Assembly: GCA_964513845.1 (NCBI GenBank)
Contig: CAZENT010000005.1
Span: 41,590-105,589 of the forward strand
DNA from: an uncultured Pseudomonadales bacterium
GTDB lineage: Bacteria > Patescibacteriota > Microgenomatia > UBA1400 > MFAQ01
Direction: 5' to 3'
DNA length: 64,000 nt
Of this stretch, positions 49,992-59,347 are shown piece by piece (the stretch's first letter is position 1; each line of letters begins with the position of its first letter). The notes under the pieces were generated by a model. The model saw only the letters and a list, made by a program, of their open reading frames with translations. It was not told where the DNA came from and made no database searches. A program made the translations under genes and the position numbers.

Positions 49992-50134
49992 GGGAAAATT
50001 CCGGTAAGGGTGGTTCCCCAAGAACATGACTGATGATGATTTGTTCAATCTCTTTTGTGAATCAAGAGCTTCTTCACTAACTCTAACTTCATGTTATTTG
50101 TTAAATATATTACACCCTAGGTACGCATTTCCCC

Positions 50135-50163
50135 TTGACAATTCATTTCAATATATGTAAATT
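50135..50163 (+). promoter_or_regulatory. Sigma70 promoter driving an ORF-less unit
   Basis: TTGACA (50135-40), 17 nt spacer, TAAATT (50158-63). Confidence 0.6.
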
Positions 50164-50169
50164 GTAATT

Positions 50170-50429
50170 AATCCCACATAAAGGAGGGTAGGAATAAGTT
50201 AATTGAATTACGACCTTCCTAACTCTTTTTGGTACACCGCACTTTTAAGTGATAACGCAGCCTAGGGATCACGTCCCGCTCTGGGGTAAATGCGTTATAT
50301 ATCAGTAGAAACCGGTGAAGTAAGTCACCCACCTTGCGTTTGCATAGATATCGAAACGTTTGGTTCATGATATCCGGTGTAAATCAGAGAAGAAGCCATC
50401 TGTCCTTACGAGCAGCTGGCTTCTTTTTT
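50170..50429 (+). ncRNA. Candidate structured non-coding RNA of unknown class
   Basis: Promoter and terminator bracket a region with no credible ORF and nested helices (TACACCG/CGGTGTA, ATAACGCA/TGCGTTAT, GGTGA/TCACC, GATATC/GATATC). Confidence 0.5.
50390..50429 (+). terminator. Intrinsic terminator (T-tail on the + strand; may also stop the VanW gene)
   Basis: AAGAAGCCA..CTG/CAG..TGGCTTCTT followed by TTTT. Confidence 0.75.
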
Positions 50430-50445
50430 GTCTTGATTTCTGAGT

Positions 50446-51096
50446 TTAGGCTAAAGTGATGACGGAAACACTAAGCTCACCATCTTTGTATTCAAAAACA
50501 AAGGTAACGGGTATAGTCTGATTGTTGGTGATATAGAGATTTTGATTTGCACCAACAGATTTATCGCTTGGATTGTAGTAAATAGACACACCGTATTCCT
50601 TAGGAACCTCAGGAATGTTGGCAAAATTATGGTTGGCTGGAGCCAGAACATCTAACTTAGCGTCTCTGGCTGCCCAGTTGATAAGTGAAGCTAAGTGACA
50701 AACACCATCTCCATACAAATATCCATCAGTTTTAAAACCATCTGAATAGTTAAAATGAGCTTCGGTAGTTTTGACTACCCTGCCTTCAAATTTTGGAAGA
50801 ACAGCATCGTGATAGGCAAAGGTTTCGTTTGGCTGAAGAGTAAACTCAGATCGAAACGAGTTTTGAATCTCTGACCAGTTAATATCTTGAGCACTATCAA
50901 CGCGCCCATCTAAATAGGCTAAGTTAAGCAAGATGTTGTCTTTAAAGACATCACTGACTTTTTGTGAAGGGTAACGATACTCAAGAGAGATAGTTCTTTG
51001 AGCCAAGGTGGTCTTTTGAGATCCGAGAAAACTCGGGTTGATTAACCCTCCAGTATTTAACAAAAGAAATAGACTTAAGATTGTACTTTTCATCAT
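50446..51096 (-). CDS. VanW family exported protein
   Basis: L.P.ETF.Y, GDGVCHLAS..NWAA, H motif, L.I.N; signal peptide. Confidence 0.7.
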   Translation of the reverse strand: MMKSTILSLFLLLNTGGLINPSFLGSQKTTLAQRTISLEYRYPSQKVSDVFKDNILLNLAYLDGRVDSAQDINWSEIQNSFRSEFTLQPNETFAYHDAVLPKFEGRVVKTTEAHFNYSDGFKTDGYLYGDGVCHLASLINWAARDAKLDVLAPANHNFANIPEVPKEYGVSIYYNPSDKSVGANQNLYITNNQTIPVTFVFEYKDGELSVSVITLA

Positions 51097-51199
51097 AGCG
51101 TGGGTATTCTACACTATTATAGGTTATTTGTCAAACCAGATTGGCAGAAAATGGAGTATGGCTGTAAGATAGTTCTAGTTAATATTTAACAAATCAAAA

Positions 51200-51583
51200 A
51201 TGACAGGATATCACGCAGATATTGAGGCTGAGACAATCAGTAACAGTAATTTTAGAAAAGTACTTTTTACAGGAGCTCATAGCCAGCTCGTGGTAATGAA
51301 CTTGCTTCCAAGTGAGGATATAGGCATGGAAGTGCATGGAAATGTTGATCAGTTCTTTAGATTTGAGTCCGGCGAAGGAAAAGCAATCCTAAACGGTGAA
51401 GAAATCATCTTTAAGGCAAATGATGTGGTCATTATTCCCGCAGGCACAAATCACAATATAATCAACACTTCCGCCACAGAACCCTTGAAGCTATACACTA
51501 TTTACTCTCCTGCGAATCATCCAGACGGCACGGTTCACGCAACCAAGGCTGAAGCTATGGCTGACGAGCACGATCACGTCTAA
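51200..51583 (+). CDS. Cupin domain protein (YrkC-like)
   Basis: NFRKVLFTG.HSQLVVM, IGMEVH..DQF, IPAGT.HN, LKLYTIYSP..HPDG. Confidence 0.88.
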   Translation: MTGYHADIEAETISNSNFRKVLFTGAHSQLVVMNLLPSEDIGMEVHGNVDQFFRFESGEGKAILNGEEIIFKANDVVIIPAGTNHNIINTSATEPLKLYTIYSPANHPDGTVHATKAEAMADEHDHV

Positions 51584-51607
51584 ACGTATCTTTCTTTTAG
51601 ATTTGTT

Positions 51608-51633
51608 AAACCCCGTCGCATGACGGGGTTTTT
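51608..51633 (+). terminator. Intrinsic terminator after the cupin gene
   Basis: AAACCCCGTC-GCAT-GACGGGGTTT followed by TT. Confidence 0.8.
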
Positions 51634-51647
51634 GTTATACTGGATAT

Positions 51648-52121
51648 ATGAAGATAAAATACCCCTGGAAATTGTTTGCTTCAATAATTATTACTCTTTC
51701 AGCTGGTTTTCTTGGTTCTTTTTTTACCGGTCCTGCAGTAAAAACCTGGTATTTGTTAATCAATCGACCCTCGTGGAATCCCCCCGCCTGGTTGTTTGCG
51801 CCTGTTTGGACAACACTATTTATCCTAATGGGAGTTTCTTTGTATCTTGTTTGGTCTCAAAAAATGAATGCGAAAATTAGATTAGCTTTAAATATTTTCA
51901 CTGTTCAGCTGATTCTTAATATCTTCTGGTCGGTGATCTTCTTTGGGATGGGAAACTTTTGGCTGGCTTTTGCTGAAATAGTTGTTTTGTGGATCTTTAT
52001 TTTGCTGACAATTATTTATTTCAGAAGAATTAATAAAACTGCCGGATGGCTTCTGGTTCCCTATATCCTTTGGGTGTCGTTTGCATCTTTCCTCAACTTC
52101 ACCATCGCCAGCTTAAACTAA
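51648..52121 (+). CDS. tspO: TspO/MBR tryptophan-rich sensory protein
   Basis: WY..L.RPSWNPPAWLFAPVWT.L, QL.LN..WS.IFF, LLVPYILWVSFA..LN. Confidence 0.92.
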   Translation: MKIKYPWKLFASIIITLSAGFLGSFFTGPAVKTWYLLINRPSWNPPAWLFAPVWTTLFILMGVSLYLVWSQKMNAKIRLALNIFTVQLILNIFWSVIFFGMGNFWLAFAEIVVLWIFILLTIIYFRRINKTAGWLLVPYILWVSFASFLNFTIASLN

Positions 52122-53354
52122 GTCTCTGATTTGCCCAAAGCCAATTCTATCGTGGACAAAGTCTTGAGTGTTGGCCATGGTGGCAGGAGTAATCACAAAG
52201 TTCCCCCAGCGATCATTGATGGAGTCAATGGCGGTAACAAGATTAACCTTTCTTTGGTTGTCGTGAAAAAGGTCTAACTGAAGAGTGGATCGGCTGGATA
52301 AACCAAAACAAGAAACGGCAATGTTTCTTACCGGTAGTTTGTAGGGAGAATGACGAAGAAGTCGAGAGGCAACGCGAAAAATATCGCGACTGTCAAAAAT
52401 AGGCTGATCCAAACTTTTGCCCTCATGAAAGTACTGATGATCCTGATACAAAAGTGCCAAATGAACACCTTTGGCCTGAAAATCAGAGTGACGCATCCTG
52501 AAACCTACCTTCTCAACTAGTTTGGAAAGTATGGGAGCCAGCTCTTCCGGAGTGGTGAGAAATTTAGGTAAAGAGTAAGAATGACCGAAACTTTTGGTGT
52601 CCCAGTCAACATCGTCGATTTCCCAGCCACGTAACCTCAAAAACCAGTAATAACCCAAAATTGAGTGAAAAGCAGAACGAAGCAGAGGAATATCAGCCTT
52701 TAAAAAATCGAGAACGGTGTAAATGCCGACCATGTTGAGGCGAGTAGAGTTTTGTTTGTTTATACCATTGAGGTCGGTGAGACAAAGATTTTGATAAATT
52801 GCCAAATAATTGGTGGCGTTTATTTCGTCCAAACCGTCCGGCTTATGGAGATTTGAGGCTGTTTTGGCTAAAAAACGATTGGGGCCTAGACCAATAGAAA
52901 CAGTAAGGTAGTCCCCTATTTCACTTTTGATACGATTTTTGATCTCCTGACTGATAAGGAACATTCCTTTTTGGAAGCTGGGTGTGCCAGAAAAATCGAG
53001 AACAAATTCATCGATAGACTTGGGAACAATTTTGGGAGTGTACTCCGATAATAGTTTCTTGAGAGCAATGTGCACAGCCCTGTACTTGTCTGAATCCGGA
53101 GTACGTACGATAAGATCGGGACATAAAAGACGACCTTCTTTGACCCTTAAACCAACCTTGATGCCAAGACGCTTCGCTTCTATGGAAGCGGCAATAATAC
53201 AACCATTGGGGGTATCGTAGGCGGCCACAGCAACAGGTTTGTAACGGAGAAAGGGATTGGCTTGCTGTTCAACTGACGCAAAGCAAGAATTTAGATCGAT
53301 GTGCATAATCGAACAAGGACGACGATTGAAATCGAGATTAATTTGGGAGTCCAT
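52113..53354 (-). CDS. dinB: Y-family DNA polymerase (DinB/UvrX-like)
   Basis: HIDLNSCFASVEQ, AASIEAK..G, SIDE, SIGLGPNRFLAKTAS..KPDG; beta-clamp motif QLDLF; start at ATG 53354. Confidence 0.9.
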   Translation of the reverse strand: MDSQINLDFNRRPCSIMHIDLNSCFASVEQQANPFLRYKPVAVAAYDTPNGCIIAASIEAKRLGIKVGLRVKEGRLLCPDLIVRTPDSDKYRAVHIALKKLLSEYTPKIVPKSIDEFVLDFSGTPSFQKGMFLISQEIKNRIKSEIGDYLTVSIGLGPNRFLAKTASNLHKPDGLDEINATNYLAIYQNLCLTDLNGINKQNSTRLNMVGIYTVLDFLKADIPLLRSAFHSILGYYWFLRLRGWEIDDVDWDTKSFGHSYSLPKFLTTPEELAPILSKLVEKVGFRMRHSDFQAKGVHLALLYQDHQYFHEGKSLDQPIFDSRDIFRVASRLLRHSPYKLPVRNIAVSCFGLSSRSTLQLDLFHDNQRKVNLVTAIDSINDRWGNFVITPATMANTQDFVHDRIGFGQIRDLV

Positions 53355-53598
53355 CGGCAATTTCTTCTAGCGTCCAGAATAAATTATCAGTATCAAGCCT
53401 TAGACGAAAAAAGAGATCTTGAGAAGTAACAGAGAAAACATGAAAAAGAGTGCGACCTTCGCGAACCGTATGATGCATGCCAACTTGAGAAACGCGAATG
53501 GCTTTGCCATCCCAGAAAATCTGGCGTGGAGCCACCGTACGAAGACGATGATCGTAGACTAACTGAACTGAAACCGGTGCCGATATTTTTTGAATCAT
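53338..53598 (-). CDS. Small protein translationally coupled to dinB (DUF6504/ImuB-C-like by eye)
   Basis: 86 aa with P..(F)W.G...V and F.L..D....W.L pattern; overlaps the dinB start. Confidence 0.7.
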   Translation of the reverse strand: MIQKISAPVSVQLVYDHRLRTVAPRQIFWDGKAIRVSQVGMHHTVREGRTLFHVFSVTSQDLFFRLRLDTDNLFWTLEEIADGLPN

Positions 53599-53603
53599 AT
53601 TAC

Positions 53604-53656
53604 CCGAATATTAAGCGAATATAATTCATTAAACCAAATATTACCCGAATGGTCAA
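53604..53656 (-). promoter_or_regulatory. Sigma70 promoter with two direct-repeat operators (candidate LexA boxes)
   Basis: TTGACC (53651-56), 17 nt, TTTAAT (53628-33); TTCGG-N6-TTTGG in the spacer (53634-49) and TTCGC-N6-TTCGG downstream (53604-19). Confidence 0.65.
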
Positions 53657-53691
53657 GGGGTCAAAATACTTTTAACCAAAATGAAATATCT

Positions 53692-53946
53692 TTATTCTTC
53701 GACTTCGACGGAAATAGTGCACTCCCCAATCAGGGCAGCCATGGCTCCGATGGCTGCGAACATGGGAAGAAAAGCGGTGGCAACGACACCCATGGTGAGA
53801 GGAAACTCAACAACAACTTTGCCCGATTTATCTTTGATAGTGATATGACGAACATTACCTTTGGCAATTAAATCTTTGACTGTTTTCAGTAATGATTCTC
53901 CGGAAACCTTGAAAGTTTCCTTTCTGGTAGTTTTTTTGGTGGTCAT
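53692..53946 (-). CDS. DUF4342-like small protein
   Basis: VKDLIAKGNVRHI.IK, E.PLT.G, ECTISVE. Confidence 0.75.
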   Translation of the reverse strand: MTTKKTTRKETFKVSGESLLKTVKDLIAKGNVRHITIKDKSGKVVVEFPLTMGVVATAFLPMFAAIGAMAALIGECTISVEVEE

Positions 53947-53951
53947 ATTTT

Positions 53952-55121
53952 TTAATACTTGTTACGTAAAAAGGCGGGTATATCTAGATCATCTTCAATG
54001 TCGACTTCTGAGTGATGAACTTTGTATTTTCCGGCTAGTTTGACCTGCTCTGTGGGCTGAGGTTCTTCCGGCTTTTCTTCAATCTCTTCAATACTGGGAA
54101 CTATAGCTGTTTGAGGTTTGAGATAAGGGTTGGCTGTCTGAACGCCTCCAAAATGACGACGATTTTCATCGAAACCGGCGGCAATAACGGAGATTTGGAT
54201 CTCATCCCCAAGATCTTCTCTAATGGTGGTGCCAAAAATAATATTGGCGTCTGGGTCGGCTGATTGAGTAATGATGGATGAGGCTTCGTTGATTTCGGTA
54301 AGGGTAAGACTCTTACTGCCGGCGATATTAAAGAGAATACCACGGGCACCTTCGATGCTAACCTCCAATAGAGGCGAGCTAACGGCCGCGTTGGCAGCAA
54401 TGATGGCACGCTTGTCACCTGACGAACGCCCGACACCCATAAGGGCAGAGCCAGCGTTGGTCATCACCGACTTAACATCGGCAAAATCAACATTAACAAG
54501 CCCTGGAATAGTAATTAAATCAGAAATACTTTGAACACCTTGACCGAGGACTGAGTCGGCCATTTTGAAAGCATCCAGAAGAGTTTGCTCCTTCTTGGCT
54601 ACGTCCATTAAGCGCTGATTAGGAATGACGATAAGAGTATCAACATTGTCTTTGAGCTTTTCAATCCCCTCCTCTGCTTGTACTCTGCGTCTGGCTCCTT
54701 CAAAAAGAAAAGGTTTGGTGACGACAGCGACAGTAAGAGCACCGACTTCTTTTTTGGATATCTCAGCAATGACGGGGGCAGCTCCGGTACCCGTGCCTCC
54801 ACCTTCACCGGCAGTAATAAAAACCATGTCTGCACCCATGAGAACTTCTTTGATTTTTTCGCGTGACTCTTCGGCAGCTTGAGCACCAATATCCGGATTT
54901 GAACCTGATCCGAGACCCTTAGTACCTTTTTCACCGATCTGAAGCTTGATGTCGGCGTTGGAATTGATTAAGGCTTGCATGTCCGTATTCACGGCGATGA
55001 ACTCGACGCCTTTTATTTTTCCTGACGCAATCATGGTGTTGACGGCATTGTTACCGCCGCCCCCAACTCCGAGAACTTTTATTTTGGCAAAGGTGTTTGT
55101 ATCTGGTTTGACAAGACCCAC
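53952..55121 (-). CDS. ftsZ: Cell division protein FtsZ
   Basis: [26 protein letters not shown]-terminal LDIPAFLR. Confidence 0.98.
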   Translation of the reverse strand: MGLVKPDTNTFAKIKVLGVGGGGNNAVNTMIASGKIKGVEFIAVNTDMQALINSNADIKLQIGEKGTKGLGSGSNPDIGAQAAEESREKIKEVLMGADMVFITAGEGGGTGTGAAPVIAEISKKEVGALTVAVVTKPFLFEGARRRVQAEEGIEKLKDNVDTLIVIPNQRLMDVAKKEQTLLDAFKMADSVLGQGVQSISDLITIPGLVNVDFADVKSVMTNAGSALMGVGRSSGDKRAIIAANAAVSSPLLEVSIEGARGILFNIAGSKSLTLTEINEASSIITQSADPDANIIFGTTIREDLGDEIQISVIAAGFDENRRHFGGVQTANPYLKPQTAIVPSIEEIEEKPEEPQPTEQVKLAGKYKVHHSEVDIEDDLDIPAFLRNKY

Positions 55122-55122
55122 T

Positions 55123-56397
55123 TTATGGTAAGAATGATTTGATAAAATCGATCACTTTTCCGACAAGCTGTTTGCCGGGAATTCCTTTTATCATACCAGA
55201 CAGTTTTATTCTTGGAGCTTGTTGTTGTTCTTTGTGATGATAGCCGTAAAGAGCCAAACCAACTGCTGTGGCGTAAACAGGAGAGTTAATTTCATCGGTG
55301 AGTCCATGCAAACCCGTTGGAACTCCCAACTTGGCCGGCAACTGCATAACTCGGCGACAGCTTTCGGTGCAGTTGATGGTTAGGGCTCCGCCTCCGGTAA
55401 CAACAACTCCGGCAGGAGTTTGTCCTTCAAGACCTGACTGTTTGATAACGTGATTGACCATGGTAAAGATTTCGTTGAGACGAGGACGAATGATGCCCTC
55501 GACAATGGTTTTGCGAGAGACTTTTTTAACATCTTCGGTAATTCCAATTTTGGCAAGATCAATTTCGTCGGAAGCTTTGGGGTCGGATGGGTCCGCGTCA
55601 TGCTTGGCTTTGCCCAAGAAATGTTTGATTTTTTCAGCACTGTCGACACTAATCTGAAGACCGATGGCGATATCATCACTAATTTTTTTGGCTCCAACCG
55701 GAATGACGGCTGAGTAAACACATGAACCTTCGACATAGATACAAACACTCGTGGTGCCGCCGCCAATGTCGATAAGAACCACCCCAAGCTCTTTGTCGGT
55801 GTCAGTCAAAACTGACTCGGCAGAGGCTAGACCGGTGAAAACAAGCCCGGAAACATTGACACCCAGCTCGTTGACACAACGGGTAACATTTTTGATGGCT
55901 GGCGTAAGACCGGTAATGAGATGGGCTTCGGTTTCGAGTCGAACACCGGACATGCCGGTTGGGTCTTTGATGCCATGCTGGCCATCAACAATAAACTCAC
56001 GAGGAAGAACATGAATAATCTCTCTAGATGTAGGTAAGGAAACGGCTCGAGCAGCTTCAATAACTCGAAAAACGTCATCAGGGCTGATCTCCCCTTCAGT
56101 TTCAGTGATGGCAACTAGCCCCTGGGAGTTTTGAGACAAAATATTTTCTCCGGAAATGGAAACAAAGGCCGAATCAACTCCAAAACCTGCCATTCTTTCG
56201 GCGGACTCGACACAGTCGGTGATCGAACTGACGCACTCTTCTATGTTGACTATTTGACCACGCCTAATACCCCTGCTGGTAACAGTGGCGGCACCAACAA
56301 GATTGATTTTTTCGCCATCTTGACCGGGAACGGTAATCAAACAGGTGATTTTACTAGAGCCAATATCTATCGCGTTTATTCCTTGTGGTTTTGCCAT
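55123..56397 (-). CDS. ftsA: Cell division protein FtsA
   Basis: [37 protein letters not shown]-terminal amphipathic helix. Confidence 0.96.
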   Translation of the reverse strand: MAKPQGINAIDIGSSKITCLITVPGQDGEKINLVGAATVTSRGIRRGQIVNIEECVSSITDCVESAERMAGFGVDSAFVSISGENILSQNSQGLVAITETEGEISPDDVFRVIEAARAVSLPTSREIIHVLPREFIVDGQHGIKDPTGMSGVRLETEAHLITGLTPAIKNVTRCVNELGVNVSGLVFTGLASAESVLTDTDKELGVVLIDIGGGTTSVCIYVEGSCVYSAVIPVGAKKISDDIAIGLQISVDSAEKIKHFLGKAKHDADPSDPKASDEIDLAKIGITEDVKKVSRKTIVEGIIRPRLNEIFTMVNHVIKQSGLEGQTPAGVVVTGGGALTINCTESCRRVMQLPAKLGVPTGLHGLTDEINSPVYATAVGLALYGYHHKEQQQAPRIKLSGMIKGIPGKQLVGKVIDFIKSFLP

Positions 56398-56401
56398 ATT
56401 T

Positions 56402-57241
56402 TTATCTAATGATCGGATTTTTAAAACTTAGGTCGATCACCTTAGCGTCTTTTTTAATTGTAGCGAGGTAGCTCATTGATTGTAAAGCAGAAGACAAACT
56501 ACCCTCGTCAAAAGGTACACCTATTATGATATCAGGTTCGTTGAGCCGGCTCAAGAAACAACGATGGTCAACGATATAAATGTTGGATACATCAAGATAT
56601 TTTAAAATCAATTTTACCATCTTGTATACCGAGGAGATAACGTCCGGGGTTGGTTTTTCGGAAAAAATGTATTTAATCTTGGCCTCTGTTGTGGCTATGG
56701 CAGTCATGGAGCCGTTTTCCCAGAGATTAAAACCAAGTGGTTCTTGAGTTGAGACAAAAATATCCAGCTCTCCGGTTGGTTTGACCCACCATCCCGCAGA
56801 GTCGGTGGTACTGGGAGCTTGATCCATAGACAAAATAGGCAAACTGCCAACCAAGTACACTTCTGCAGGCACAAAAGGGCTGGTGCCGGTGAGAGTAACG
56901 TTTAGGGTATTGAAAGCTTTATAACTAACACTCATTTTTTCCACTGGATAGGCAGCCTTGGTAAAGGTGAGTAATTCTTTTTGATTTAAAAAAAGTGAGT
57001 TGGTACCGAGAAGCTTGTTTTGAACTGCCAGTATTTCTTGAGGACAAGAATCATGATTAAATGAACAGTTGATTTTGCGAATAATCAAAAGATTATTAAT
57101 AAAAAAGACGAGTGGAATAAATATTAAGACCGGAAAAAATCTTTTTAAAAAGATCTTGAGCGAATCAAAAGTGACACGAGTGCGTCGATTAAGTCTCTTT
57201 GAGGAGTTCACGGATAATTTGAGTAATCTTTTCTGCAGCAT
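56402..57241 (-). CDS. FtsQ/DivIB-like protein (divergent; true start may be GTG 57211)
   Basis: Lies between murG and ftsA; basic N-terminus plus TM, C-terminal IDLSFKNPIIR. Confidence 0.65.
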   Translation of the reverse strand: MLQKRLLKLSVNSSKRLNRRTRVTFDSLKIFLKRFFPVLIFIPLVFFINNLLIIRKINCSFNHDSCPQEILAVQNKLLGTNSLFLNQKELLTFTKAAYPVEKMSVSYKAFNTLNVTLTGTSPFVPAEVYLVGSLPILSMDQAPSTTDSAGWWVKPTGELDIFVSTQEPLGFNLWENGSMTAIATTEAKIKYIFSEKPTPDVISSVYKMVKLILKYLDVSNIYIVDHRCFLSRLNEPDIIIGVPFDEGSLSSALQSMSYLATIKKDAKVIDLSFKNPIIR

Positions 57242-58268
57242 CGGTGACTAATTTGGTAGTTGGCTTTACAGCGGGACGCTTTACTACTTCAATAATAGCG
57301 CGATAAAGGGCTTCGGGCGTAAGGTCTTTTTCTTCCAAAATCGTACTGCCAATTTGCTCCTCTGCCAACTTGGCATTTAAATATTGCTCATTGTGAGAAG
57401 CCCAGGGAATGGGAATAAGTACAGCTTTCTTGCCTAAAAACACTAGCTCGTAAATCGAGTGAGCACCAGCTCGACCAACGATGACGGACGCAGATCGAAT
57501 ATAGGTAGCGGCGTCTTCAGCAAAGAAATAGGGAGCAAAAAGATAACGATCTTTGTGTTCGCCAAGCTTTTCCTTGATTCTTCTGGCCCTGTCTGAGTCT
57601 TTGGTTAGAGTACTGGCGCCGGTCTGATGAACAACGGTGAACTTTTCTACAAGCTTGGGAATGATGGGAAACAAAGCTTTGTTGATCACATGAGAGCCCT
57701 GTTTGCCACAAGAAATGTAGATGAGTTTGTTATCAAATTTTTTGGTAAATTTTGAGTTTTGGAGTTCTTTTCTTATCGGAAGGCCGACGACAACTGATTT
57801 GTTTGACGGAAAGTTGGGAAGAGAAGAGTTATATGTAAGGAGAATTTTTTTGACAAAAGGCGAGATGGCCCTGTTCGCCCAGCCGGCAATGACGGTCTGT
57901 TCATGAGTAATTGAGGGAATACCCAAAAACCAACCGACAATAACAACCGGAACAGAAAGATAACCACCTGAAGAAAAGATTAGCTTTGGTCGGTATTTTA
58001 TTAAATACATGAATGCCTGAAGAAAACCGAAGACAATCTTGAACCACTCCAAGGGATTGAATCTTTGATAAAACTTACCGGCTTTTAACTCGAGAAAACG
58101 AATGCCAGAACCGGTAATCTCTTGGTACTCGGCAGAGAGAGACTTGTCCCCTTTTGAAGCAAATTTGTGCCCGATCCAGATAATGGGATAGTTTTCTTTT
58201 TGAAAAATCTTGGCGATAACTAAAGCGCTATTGTGATGACCGCCGGTAAATGCAATTAGTGGTTTCAT
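57189..58268 (-). CDS. murG: MurG lipid I GlcNAc transferase
   Basis: TGGH, GGYLSVP, HEQT..G.AN, G.PIR, HQTG, GRAGA, EQYLNA; dcw context. Confidence 0.88.
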   Translation of the reverse strand: MKPLIAFTGGHHNSALVIAKIFQKENYPIIWIGHKFASKGDKSLSAEYQEITGSGIRFLELKAGKFYQRFNPLEWFKIVFGFLQAFMYLIKYRPKLIFSSGGYLSVPVVIVGWFLGIPSITHEQTVIAGWANRAISPFVKKILLTYNSSLPNFPSNKSVVVGLPIRKELQNSKFTKKFDNKLIYISCGKQGSHVINKALFPIIPKLVEKFTVVHQTGASTLTKDSDRARRIKEKLGEHKDRYLFAPYFFAEDAATYIRSASVIVGRAGAHSIYELVFLGKKAVLIPIPWASHNEQYLNAKLAEEQIGSTILEEKDLTPEALYRAIIEVVKRPAVKPTTKLVTDAAEKITQIIRELLKET

Positions 58269-59344
58269 ACGCGTTTGGAGATATTAATGAGAAGACCCAG
58301 GGCAATAAAGTTGGTAACCAAACTCGAACCGCCATAAGAAATGAAGGGTAGGGGTACTCCGGTGAGTGGAACAAGAGCGACCATAGCACTTAAATTCACA
58401 AATATCTGTATTAGAAATAATAAAGAGATACTACTAGAAAGCAGTTTATCAAATTTATCGTGAACATTCAGGGCAACCTTGAAAGAAAACATCAGCAATC
58501 CAACCATGGATAAAATGAACAAACTGCCTCCGAGAAAGCCAAACTCCTCGGCAATAATGACAAAAATAGAGTCGGTAGTCGCCTCAGGAAGATAGGCATA
58601 TTTTTGGCGTGATTTTCCCAAACCAACACCAGAAACTCCACCTGACCCAAGACCATACAGCACTTGATTAATGTGGTACGAAGCACCCAGGGGATCACTA
58701 GTTGGATCCATAAAGGTTTTGACTCTTTCCATACGATAGGGAGAAAGAACGATCAAAGAGCCAAGAGCGATACCAAGAATGGCAACAAAGGTTAAGATTT
58801 CTTTGATCTTGGCACCAGATAAATAATAAATCATGAAAGAAACACCAACGGTAATGATGGCTGTACCCAAATCCGGCTGAAGCATAATTAAAACAACATT
58901 TAGTCCCAGAAGAGCAAGAAAATGTTTAAGACTCCGATCTTGTTCGAGCCACTTGGCGAGATATATAGCCAGAGTGATTTTCATAAGTTCTGATGGCTGA
59001 ATGACAGTAAAACCAATATCGATCCAACGTCGTGCACCAAGAAGTTTTGAGCCAATTCCGGGTATCAAAACGGCCACCATCAACACCAAAGAGATGCCAT
59101 AGAGAACATGAGCATATTTTTTGAATAGCTGCATGGGAATGTTTGCAGTGATAAGAGCAACAACAATACCAATAACGATCCAGATTGATTGTTGTTTGAC
59201 GTAGTGAAACTTGTCGTTGAAAGTGCGAAAGGCGTCAACCACCGAGGCGTTGTAAATTGCAATTAAACCAAAACAAGCCACGACTATTCCAGCCAGAAGA
59301 ATTGATGTGGGTAAACGATTGTGGCTGCCTTTGAGGCGTAACAT
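58265..59344 (-). CDS. ftsW: SEDS protein FtsW
   Basis: GARRWI, QPSE.MK, QPDLGT, GLGKSRQK..YLPEA.TDSIF, LTGVPLPFISYGGSS; dcw context. Confidence 0.93.
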   Translation of the reverse strand: MLRLKGSHNRLPTSILLAGIVVACFGLIAIYNASVVDAFRTFNDKFHYVKQQSIWIVIGIVVALITANIPMQLFKKYAHVLYGISLVLMVAVLIPGIGSKLLGARRWIDIGFTVIQPSELMKITLAIYLAKWLEQDRSLKHFLALLGLNVVLIMLQPDLGTAIITVGVSFMIYYLSGAKIKEILTFVAILGIALGSLIVLSPYRMERVKTFMDPTSDPLGASYHINQVLYGLGSGGVSGVGLGKSRQKYAYLPEATTDSIFVIIAEEFGFLGGSLFILSMVGLLMFSFKVALNVHDKFDKLLSSSISLLFLIQIFVNLSAMVALVPLTGVPLPFISYGGSSLVTNFIALGLLINISKRV

Positions 59345-59347
59345 AGA

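Noticed and set aside
49992-50100. Short minus-strand open frames downstream of the 513-aa gene
   Set aside because: Only a 15-codon ATG ORF or frames without a start codon; possibly a decayed gene but unsupported.
50115-50295. Upstream CCTAGG and ACGCATTT matching segments inside the candidate ncRNA (bridge-RNA-like guide idea)
   Set aside because: Matches of 6-8 nt are expected by chance at this scale, the second lies in a stem, and there is no IS110 recombinase nearby.
50290-50370. 26-aa sORF MRYISVETGEVSHPPCVCIDIETFGS inside the candidate ncRNA
   Set aside because: Start codon abuts an 8-bp stem, SD is poorly spaced, and there are no toxin-like or other recognisable features; cannot be supported.
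50233-50381. Retron msr-msd interpretation of the TACACCG/CGGTGTA inverted repeat
   Set aside because: No reverse transcriptase in the window and no long msd hairpin.
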